Origin: Bispira polyomma
Lineage: Eukaryota
NCBI GenBank assembly: GCA_965649765.1
Contig: OZ287756.1
Span: forward strand, 992,001 to 1,056,000
Reading direction: 5' to 3'
DNA: 64,000 bases
The notes below the pieces were generated by a model. It did not search any database and was not told where the DNA came from. It saw only the letters and a program-made list of their open reading frames with translations. Made by a program: the position numbers and the translations under genes. Positions 11,989 through 22,582 of the stretch are shown one piece after another (within the stretch, counting starts at the first letter, position 1; each line of letters starts with the position of its first letter).

Positions 11989-13690
11989 TTTGAACTAGAA
12001 CATTAAAGTATGTTCACTGATTCTGTGAAGAGATATTTTAGTAAGATAACTTGCTAACTGTAATTATACCCACTTATGTCAAGGTTATTAAACCTCGTTT
12101 AACGAGTCAAGAATGACACAAGTTAGATGTAGAAACTTAGTCAAGGCCTTGAACAACTCAAATTACTGAGTCATGTGCAACCGTTACAAAGTTATGTTAA
12201 GCTAACAGCGAATCACAAGTAACCTATTAAACCAATCACAAAGTTGTGACTTTGCTCTAATTGAACTTCACAGTACACCTCGTATTGTTCATGAGTCACT
12301 GTCAGTCTTGATCAGCTGTTGTTGATTGTTTGCTGTTTGACAAGAAAGTTCACCAGATGTCTCAAATTGATAGCAATGTTTTTATTTTAATAATAATTTT
12401 CCCAGTAAGAATAAAAATTTCAAGATTATTCCAGTCGACAGCTTTGTTACTGTTATTTTCAAAATACCAGGTAGATATGTAAAAACTTACAACAAGATAA
12501 TATTCATTAGAATGGCCAAAGTATTATCCAGGAATTTTTAAGTAAGACCAATTTTCACCACAAGATATAAGATATAAACTCAACACCACAAAACACACTA
12601 CTAATTCTTCCACCTGGTTTAATCCAAGCAAACTCAACTAAAACTGGAAATATAATTGTGACTTTAGACAATAACCTCTTCTAATTTGATAAAGAGTTAT
12701 CTCAATTCAATAACCTTCCACAAAATATATCTGAAATCCGTGATGCAACTTTACAATCAACAGATGTATATCTCTATAAGGTAATGGACACTGCCACTCC
12801 TATAACTATATTTATTTTATTTTTATTTTCTCCTATAAATATAACTGTATCGATGAAATACCCTAAACCAGTACAATTTATTTTATCGACACTTGCGACA
12901 AACACCCTGATTTAGATACTGTGTATATGCTACAGCCAAATTATTTCACTAAGCAACAATGGAAAACAGTACCATAAAAACATCAACAGATTATCGCACC
13001 GAACGAACAGTACAAGCGTCAATGTATTAATGTTATGATAGCAGTACAATGGGTTCAAACAGTTTATACAAACAGAAGGGATGACGCCTCCGATTTTTAA
13101 CTGTATAGTTTAATATCTGTTGCTACTAATTTTATTAAATGGTATACTTCACTGCCTAGGCTATGGTACCAATTTATCTATTTTCATTCACTGGTACTTC
13201 ACCGCCAAGCACATTTGATATTGTATTTTTTATTTGTGGACAGGATAAAGGATTGATTACCTTCTGCTGTGAGTTTATTTTATTTGTTCATGAAATTCCA
13301 ATCACAAGAAAGAGGAATGTATTGCACCTCTTTCTGATTAGTTATTTATAAATTAAAAGTACATTTTACAACAGTCAGAAGTTTCAACTAAATCTCCTGA
13401 CTACAACCACAAATAATATAGATAATATTTCAAAAACACTATATATAAATTATATGTACTAAGTATATGGTATGTGAAGTAAAGGCACAGTAGCACAATA
13501 GATTCCAAGTACCACTGTCAGTACACTGAATAAAAATATGTGCTGTTCACGCTTCACTGCACACACACCAATATTGAACAATATTAAATAGAGTATAAAA
13601 TTCACAGTTATACCAAAACTGTGGAAAGAAAAAATATACTCTCCTTTATTTCAGTTGGAACCACCAGATACCTGTGGAGTATGAATATAT

Positions 13691-13708
13691 ACCCCACTTC
13701 TGGTACCA
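13691..13708 (-). promoter_or_regulatory. primer binding site, tRNA-Leu(UAA)-type
   Basis: TGGTACCAGAAGTGGGGT, 1 nt after the 5' LTR; complementary to the animal tRNA-Leu(UAA) 3' end ACCCCACTTCTGGTACCA. Confidence 0.88.
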
Positions 13709-13709
13709 A

Positions 13710-13884
13710 TGAAGTGAAGAGTGGTCTTACTTTTCCACAGGTTGTTGACACTTCAGCTTCACGTATGGTTCTGTTTAAAACTCCCTCTCTTTTTCCCCAA
13801 GTCTCCCCACTCCCGTTTGTAAACACCGACATCTCGCCAAGATCTCGCGAAGTGCGAGACTTCGCGCGAGATTGCCGACCTACA
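13710..13884 (-). repeat. 5' LTR of the non-autonomous element
   Basis: Direct repeat of 8041..8224 with TG...CA termini, followed by the PBS. Confidence 0.92.
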
Positions 13885-16592
13885 ATACTGTCAGAAAAAT
13901 TGGGGGCAAGTACATCAGTAACAGCAAGAACATGTTTTTCTCTTACTCTTATGGGCTGTAAAATACAGAGGGTTGTCTCTGTATAAATACCAATATTTAA
14001 CCTAATCTGTGAAGAAAACATGTTTTCAAAGTTTGTAAAGTTTGTATGTTTCATGTTGAAGAATGATCATTTCTATGTTAATAGAAATGCTAAACTTACT
14101 TTAAAATAAAGTGTTTCAATTTGACACTATCAAATATTTGTAATTGAACAAATCATATTTGTGAATGTAACTGTACCTCATTCTACTTATTTAAGTTTTG
14201 TATCAACTAAATAAATGTCGAGTAGAAACAATGTATTGAGTATTATATCGTTACATTATTAAATCAATAGTTGCACTAAAATTTGTCGTTTTTACTGCCT
14301 ATTCAAAGGATGCAGCTATTCTGACCTTATGTCATAAATGTTTGACCTTGGGTTATTAACTTTAATTAATTTCCGCAGATGTGTGAAGACTTCCAAACAA
14401 AACACAAGTGGTAGAACTACTAATCTTACAAAATACTACTAAAAGTCTGGAACTGGTGAAAATTTAAAGCCTAACGTCATTTATTTGTTTTTTATTGTTT
14501 TCAAGTTTCAATACATTCATTTACAGTGTCAAAACAGGTAGTTTACTGTGGGAAGTGTTTAGAACAACAAAGTATCGATCTGTAGCAAGTGTACTGCTAA
14601 CTTTCTAATGTACATGCTTAGTTCGAGATTTGAACCTGCAACTCCAAAGGTGGGAGGCGCGTGTTGCCATTACACCACCGAGACCCCTTTATGTTAATAA
14701 ACTATTTTTTGAGTAACATTACTGTTAATCTGTAAACTTGATCAACATTCACATTCCTAAAGCAAAACCACTATGATTCATCTGTCACACACTTGCTTTG
14801 GTATGCAGAGGACCATGCAGATACAGCCCAATACATAGATGACAATTTATATCTCTGTCATTGGATCCAACCCCATGTTTAGTGTGAAAACTAGGGACAT
14901 GATAAATGCTCATCTTTAAGCTTTTCTCTTCAGGTAGGAGAATAACATTACTGGTGCCGGATTGCTGTACTAGAGCTTTCAAAACAAAAGTTAAATAGCC
15001 CTTGAATACCAGATAAAAGTTACTACATAAGAGGACAAAGTGGAATACATTACAACACAAGTGCTCAGTATTTCAGCAAGAAAGTCTTGTGGATATAGCA
15101 CTCGTATCAGCTGAACTGTCATTTCAACAGATGATTTCTACAGCTTCTGGTACATGGTGACGCTGGGTTTGATCTTTGCTAAGTACCGAAATTGCTCGGA
15201 AACTTTTTCAGGACTAGAAATAATTTACTAAGCTAAAGTAATTTTTTTCTGAAATGACAAACTATTGTAATATCCGTGTATATCAGCACATTAAACACTC
15301 AGGCTTTTGGGGTTTCCTCTTTTTCTCAACTGTTAGTCTACTGGACAATTAATCTTAAAGATCCAAAGAGCCCCAGTTCTAATCCGAGTGACGGGAAGTT
15401 ATTTCTGTTCTTTACACTATAACAAATATTAAAGAATTTGTTAAATTTCTAGCTTAAAAAATAATAGAGATATCATAATTTAATCAATGTATGTTCACTT
15501 GAAAATACCAAGTTTTTTTGTACTTTTTATATAAAACATTTTCTTTTACTTCAGATATCTGCCAAATTGTCAATATTCAGTGGATTTTACTTCTGCAAAA
15601 ACAGTCACAAAAATTATAAATAGTGATGCAGAAAAACTGATAATAAAAATAACTACCTATGTCAGAATATGATAATAAGTATACAGGTTATTTAATATGG
15701 TAAGAGTTTGTATTAAAATATACTGGTATAAAATAGGCAAGATCAAACATTTACTGAATGGATTAAAATACAAGAAGAAAAACTGTGGAGATTTAATGTT
15801 CAATCTGGGTCCTGAAACGGCCAAGATAAATATGTGGCCGTTTTCAAATTACCAAGGTTGGCATTAGGGCAGTTACACACATACCCTAGCGCCTGTGGTG
15901 TATACTTGCAGTTGCTGGATTTTGAAAAAAAGAACGCCGAATATTTATTAATAGCCCAAATCTACTGCAGATAACAATTTCCTAAAAAATATGGCGTGAA
16001 AGCTCATTTTTTTGCCATCCCTGTGCTTTTTGTTGCATCAAAATCTGTTGAGAAACAGCCGAGATATTTAAGTTTCAATATTTTTATGACCAAAATTCCA
16101 TTAAAACTTGTTCTTACATAACATTCAATACATGCTATTCCCTTTACATGGCATTCCATTGGTGTCAAGTGCCATTCCTTTACATAACATTCCATTGGTG
16201 TCAAGTGAGGTATAGCAGTCCCTAAATTCCATTCCCACATCACATTCTAAATTCCATAAATACCTTCAAAATCCTAAAATTGCTATTGAAACTATATAAA
16301 GCTTAGTCCACAGACACACAGTTAGTTGAAGTGGAGGCTGGAGTGAAGCTAGAGAGAGCCTAATAAAGATTAGTGGGAGTCAGTTGGATTCATGTAACTG
16401 TTATGGTTACATCTCTTACTTGGATAATTATTATGTAAGTGTCGTGCTGTTTACTAATAAATGTTGTGACAGTGATCAAGTTTATCTTTTCTTGTCTTCA
16501 TACTTCCTTGAGATAAAAGATCCCAGCTGATATGGGGTTAAACTGATTAGCAAGAGGTCAAGACTGACCACTGAAAATAACCTCGTAACAAT

Positions 16593-16610
16593 TGGTGGAG
16601 ATGCCGGGTA
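16593..16610 (+). promoter_or_regulatory. primer binding site, tRNA-Ala-type
   Basis: TGGTGGAGATGCCGGGTA, 2 nt after the 5' LTR end. Confidence 0.85.
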
Positions 16611-16641
16611 TTTCATAAGAAGTCATGAGACATGGACAAAC

Positions 16642-18095
16642 ATGCAAGATAATATACAATCATCCGATGTTAGTTCTACCAGCTACCCTTACGCGGACAA
16701 CGAGACCACACTTTCTAGTATCAGGGCCTTTTCCATACTTAGGTCAAACGTCACCACTACTGCATGGACATATGGCTTCCCCTACTGTAAATTTCAAAGG
16801 GTAACTACCAAGAAAGTAACAACACATATCCGAGCAGAACATGGTTGCTACCCAGTGGCAATAGAAGTGTCCACAGAATGAATTTGAACTGTGCTGACAA
16901 CAGCAACTGCAATTTTAACTGCTTATAATTTTAATTTAGCATCCTGGAAACTCAAACAAAGCCTCCGAGGGTAACAAGTTACTATCACTTGAGGACAAGG
17001 ATGGCAAATCTAGATCTAATGGCTCAAAAATATTGAAGAATTGGGGGCTGAACTCCACCGACTCGCTAATCAAGGAGACGTACAGGGTGGGCTCCAGGAT
17101 CAGCTTCAACAACGACTTGCAGACCAAAGGGATCAACAAGAGGAATATCACACCCAGCTGCAGGAGGCTATTCAACAACGTGGACCTTTTCCAGAGACTG
17201 CTGCATTACGGCCTGCTCCTTATAGAAGAACTTCCAGTGAAGGTGCCAACCGATGGATGAAACGCTTTGTGAGTTATGCAGAGTACGGTAATATGAATGA
17301 ACATAGGAAATCAAGAATGTTTCGATTGCTTTTAGAAGGGACTGCAGAGGTTTGGTATGGGAGTTTGCCAGAAGATGTTTGTCAACATTGGGACGAAGTG
17401 CACACAGCATTCTCTGAGAAGTTTATAAATGCAAACAACCTGACATGGCTTAAGGAGCAAGGGCTTTTCTCAAGGGTACAATTCCCTACAGAATCAGTGG
17501 AGAGTTATATTACTGATGTGAGACAGAGATGTGACCAACTACAAAAAGGAGAAGCTGAGACCAGGAGTATCATCCTTCGAGGATTATTGCCTGGCATTAA
17601 AGATTTTGTTATAGGCCACCAGCCAGAAACAGTTGATGATCTTGAAAGCAAAGCCAGGCTGGCTGAAAGTATTGAGAAGCTCAAGCCTAAAGACCACCAA
17701 GGTTATAGAATAAATGTCTTACAAGAAAATCACCTTACAAAGACCTTACAAAGCTAATTGGAGAGCTCCAGGAAACTATAAATCAACAGAGGAGGGACAT
17801 GGTTTTTCTAAAGAGTAGCTTGACCAGGGATAAGCCCAATCAAAACACTGCACCAGGGAGAGGAAATTTCCAAATGTTCTGTAATAGATGTCAAGTTTAT
17901 GGTCACACTGTTAGTAACTGTGTGAGACGTCCTCAACCTGGAGATTTAGTGTGCTTCAAATGCAATAGAAGAGGTCATAATAAACAGGATTGTCCACAAT
18001 TTCAAAGAAAACAACAAGGTTTCAAGCAACAGGATGCTCGTTTAAACTGGAGTGCGCCTCAGGTGGGGTCTGGGGTGCAACAGAGGAGGTTTTAG
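16642..18095 (+). pseudogene. gag: Gypsy gag (frameshifted)
   Basis: Capsid-like region (LLEGTAEVWY...FSRVQFPTESVESYI) in 17041..17757. Two CCHC knuckles, CNRCQVYGHTVSNC and CFKCNRRGHNKQDC, in 17799..18095. The N-terminal start is uncertain. Confidence 0.9.
18041..18079 (+). promoter_or_regulatory. -1 programmed ribosomal frameshift signal (gag to pol)
   Basis: Slippery heptamer T-TTA-AAC in the gag frame, 5-nt spacer, stem TGCGCCTCAG/CTGGGGTGCA. The protease frame is -1 relative to gag. Confidence 0.8.
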
Positions 18096-21000
18096 TTGCT
18101 CTCACCCCTAAAGGCACCATCACCCCTAATGACAATACAACTAGTGGACTTACATTTTTGAAGTTGAAAAAGGATAATAAGAATGTTTATGCCTTGGTGG
18201 ATTCAGGCGCTACTACATCTCTGGCAGGACCTGAACTTTTATAGATGTTTCCCACACATGAAATACAACCATACAATGGATGCGCTACAACAGTTTCAAA
18301 AGAGGTTATAAATATTAAAGGGGTGATTCCATTTTCATTTAATATAGAAAGTCAGAACATTAGTTGGGAATTGAAGTATGTTACTTGCATGCCCTACCCA
18401 GTCTTACTTGGAATAGATTTCTTACAAGCATTCGGTGTGTGCTTGGACACGATTAAAATACCAAAGACACTTGATGTGTACATGCAAGCTGATTATCAGC
18501 TGAATCCAGGAGAAGAGACATTGCTTTATGGGACTCTAAAAGAACCATTAGATGTTATTGCTGCAGCAAAAATAGATCCCTGCCCTTTTGGAATTTTACA
18601 ATCTACCAATACGAGATGTGGTATTACCAACATCAAACCAAGAAATCCGCTAGTGCCAATTGAGCTAAGGAATACAACAGATATTCCTATGTGTTTTGAA
18701 AAGGGTGATTGTGTTGCACACCTGGAGGTGCTTGGAGAGAAGGATTGTGTACAAGTCATAGAGTCAAGTGGGTATGCTGGTAATTATGAGACCCAAACAG
18801 AAAACACCATTTCAAGACAAGAATTTGAAGAACTGTTTAAATGGAGCAATGGTTCGCTTTCCGAGTCGCAAGAAAGGCAGTTAAAAGATGCTCTGTGGGA
18901 TTATAGAAACCTTTTTCAAGTACCAGGGAAAGAATTAGGATGTACCCATGTTCTTAAACACGAAATAAACCTAGGACCGGGTAATAGAACATTTAGGTCT
19001 GCTCCAGCAATCGCAGCAACCCAAGAATAAGAGATGAAATATCACAGCAAGTACGAGATATGAGTGAAAAGGGAATTATACGACCTTCTTGTAGTCCATA
19101 TGCTTCACCGGTGGTTATGGTTGAAAAGCCAGATGATTCCTGGAGATTTTGTGTGGATTATAGGATTCTAAATTCGAATACTATACCAGATAGTTATCCA
19201 ATAGCTCGGGTGGATGATTCTTTGGAATCTTTGGGAAGTTCAAAGGCCTCATATTTTTCTACTCTTGACTTGGAGAGCGGATATTGGCAAATCGAGATGG
19301 CTCAAGAATCCAGGCCACTGACTGCTTTTGTCACTCATGATGGGTTATATGAGTTTGAAAGAATGCCTTTTGGATTGCGGAATGCACCTTCTACGTTTCC
19401 AAGACTTATGACAAGTGTGCTCCAAGGTCTTTTATGGAAAATTTGCCTGGTCTATCTTGATGATATTATCATTTATTCACAGACTTTTGATGAACATTTA
19501 GAAAGATTGAAAATTGTTTTTGATAGGTTAGAGGCTGCAAATCTCAAATTAAAACCAAAGAAGTGTGTGTTCGGTTGCTAGAAGGGGCGATTTGTAGGGC
19601 ATGTAGTTAGTGCAAAGGGAGTAGAGCCCTTACCAGATACTTGCAAGGTTATTCAGGAATTCTCAACACCAACAAATCTTAGAGAATTACGCAGTTATTT
19701 AGGAATCACAAGCTTTTATCGTCGGTTCATAAAGAAGTACTCAGAACGGGTCTTACCCCTATCAGAACTTACAAAGCAAGACACTCCATTTGTTTGGGGA
19801 GAAGCTCAAGAAAGATCTTTCCAAGATTTGAAAGATGCTTTGGTAAATCCCCAATACTAGCTTACGCCAGATACCAGCAACCATGCATACTGTATACTGA
19901 TGCTAGTGGCCATACAGCTGGCATGATCCTTAGCCAGATTCAAGATGGAAAGGAGAGGGCTATATCTTATGCTGCAAAGAAATTCACAGATGCAGAGAAG
20001 AAATATGGTATCTCAGAACTTGAAGCTTTAGCTTGTATACTTGGAGTGAAACATTTTGAGCCATACCTAAAAGGTAATAAGTTCAAGATAGTGACAGATC
20101 ATATAACCTTAAAGTGGCTCTTTGATCAAAAGAAAACAACTGGTAGAATTGCAAGATGGGTTACCTATCTCCAACAGTATGAGTTTACTATTGAACATAG
20201 AGCAGGCAAGAAGTTGGGTAATGTAGATGGCCTGAGTCGGCAAAATGGTGTTCTACCAAGAGAAGACAATGATCTTGAAGTAATAGATGAAACTATCCTT
20301 CCGCCATTGACTGATGTGCCCAACTACTCTTCAAATCAGTGCACAAAAGAAGGCAAGTTACTGAATGATCAAGAACATGTAAAAGACATGTCTGTTGGTG
20401 AAGCGGTCTTTTAAATATCTGACCAGGACAAAACAGTATCTGATGACCATCAACAAAATTCCACCAGTAATAGCCCCACAAGACAGACCATTGAACAACA
20501 GCATCAGGGTATGTCTGCAATGACAAGGAACCCCTGGATAAATCGACCAAAGGCCCTTGGCGATATCAGACCTGACCTATCTACTGGCGAACTACGTAAA
20601 CTACAAGAAGCAGATCAGCATATTAACTCAACTCTACAATATTTGGAAGAGAACGTGTTACCACCTAATGCAAGAGAGGCTCGTCGATTGGCTATTACAA
20701 GTCAAAATTATGAAATCATTGATGATGTGCTATATCATATATGGTACCCAGATGGTTTGGGAACAAATGGAAGACTGATATTGCAGTTAGTGGTACCCAA
20801 AAGTCTCACTCATGATGTCTTAACAGCATCACATGGGGATGTTTCTGCAGGGCACTATGGAATACGGAAACCTATCAGACCTTGAAACTATATTATTATT
20901 GGGCAGGTATGATGCGAGATGTTACAAACTGGGTTCAATCCTGCCACCTTTGTACTACTACTAAGAAGCCAACCAAACCATACCGATCTAATCTCCAACC

Positions 21001-22304
21001 ATTGTCTTGTTTCCGCCCTGGTGACTGCTGGGCCATGGATATCCTAGGACCACTAAAAGAAACTTACTCTGGGTCAAAATATATATCCTTGTTTTCCTTG
21101 ATTATGCTACAAAGTGGGTTGAAGCTTTTGCTATTCATGACACCAAAGCACATGTCATAGCTCGACTTCTTGTTGATGAAATAGTATTTCGCTTCTCAGC
21201 TCCGAGGAAGTTATTGTCAGACCTTGGAAGTAATGTTGTGTCCCGTGTTGTTAATGAAGCAGCTCAGTTGGTAGGAACACAACGACTTGTAACCTCTCCA
21301 TTCCATCCCCAAACTGATGGTGCAGTTGAAAGATTCAACTACTCTCTGGTAAAACAACTAACTACACTTGTGGATGCTAGGGACAGGGACTGGGACAGAT
21401 TTATCAGACCTGTGTGCTACGCATATAACACCACAGTATGCAGTGATACAACACACTACCAACCCTTTTATTTGATGTTTGGGAGAGAACCATTTAGCCC
21501 AATCAGTACTACCATGCCAAGTTTTCAAATACAAATGATAAAGCCTACATTAAAGAAATGGTCCAGGGGTTGGCATTTTCCCATGAGGTAGTACAGGAAA
21601 ATATAAAACATCACAAGGAGAAAATGAAAGAACAATATGACAAAAAGTCATATTCTATTGAATATGAAGTGGGACAGCGTGTCTGGGTGTACTTTCCTTC
21701 TATGAAAGTGGGAGAAATCAGAAAATTTCATAGGAAATATGAAGGCCCTTTTATAATTGTCAATCAAGTACATGAAAAGAATTATAAACTTGTGAGGGCC
21801 CATGATCTGAAACCTTTGAAAAACATGGTACATGTTAACAGATTGAAACCATATGTATCTAGGGATGTCAAACCACCAATTGATGAAGAACTAGATGAAC
21901 TGTTAGGTACAAAGGTTACTGAGGAGGATATTGATGAAATCTGGAGTGACACAGAGCAGGACCGACATACTGTGGATGTAACAGAAACTAATATGGACAC
22001 ACCTCTTTCAGATATCTTTCGTGAAAAGGAAACTAATGAAGCTAGTGATGACCAGGGTGATGCTCAACTGGAGGGAGATCCCCTTGAAAATAGTACTCTT
22101 AACCTGACAGCTAGCAGTACAGGAAGACCGGACCAGATAGAGCAAAATCTAGCAAATAGTATGGAGCCAATAGCACAAAGTCTAGAACAACCCAAAAATA
22201 TTGAATCAGTGTTACAGCGGTCAACTCGACAAAGAAGACAAAGATTTCCACTACTAGACATTGTGGAAGAAGACAGTGAGTCTGGATCAGACTCTGATAA
22301 AGAA

Positions 22305-22499
22305 TAAGTTGTAAACCGCATAATAAAAGGAAGGTATAATAAACATGGGGACTTAGAATATTTAATTGATTTGAAGGATTACCCTTCAGAAGCTCACACT
22401 TATGAACCTTATAAGAATCTTAATAGTGTGGCTAGGGAATATATTGCTACTCATAATGTACCCATATGTGGTACAAAGCCCAAAGTCAAACAGCTCTAG
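22305..22499 (+). other. integrase C-terminal chromodomain, not in the ORF track
   Basis: In frame after the TAA at 22305: VVNRIIKGRYNKHGDLEYLIDLKDYPSEAHTYEPYKNL, matching the chromodomain pattern Y.V..I......EYLV.W..Y......WEP..NL. Confidence 0.8.
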
Positions 22500-22582
22500 A
22501 TTACCTGTCATTAAGTTGATTTTCCTTCTATTTTGCAGTGACCAAAAGAAGTGTTGGTGTTGCTAGTGTCAAATCAAGAAAA

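Larger units (their letters stand above)
8041..13884 (-). mobile_element. non-autonomous LTR retroelement (5844 bp) carrying non-gag/pol cargo ORFs
   Basis: LTRs at 13884..13710 and 8224..8041 (TGTAG...CTTCA; 5 substitutions plus a 9-bp indel), PBS, PPT, and TSD ATAC (8037-8040 and 13885-13888). No RT, IN, PR or CCHC motifs seen inside. Confidence 0.92.
18041..22499 (+). pseudogene. pol: Gypsy pol: protease, RT, RNase H, integrase, chromodomain; many stops and frameshifts
   Basis: ALVDSGA; WRFCVDYR, MPFGL, YLDD; LYTDAS, ELEALA, TDH; HHCC (H..H, CHLC); MDILGP, SDLG, HPQTDGAVERFN; GPF; C-terminal chromodomain. Confidence 0.96.
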
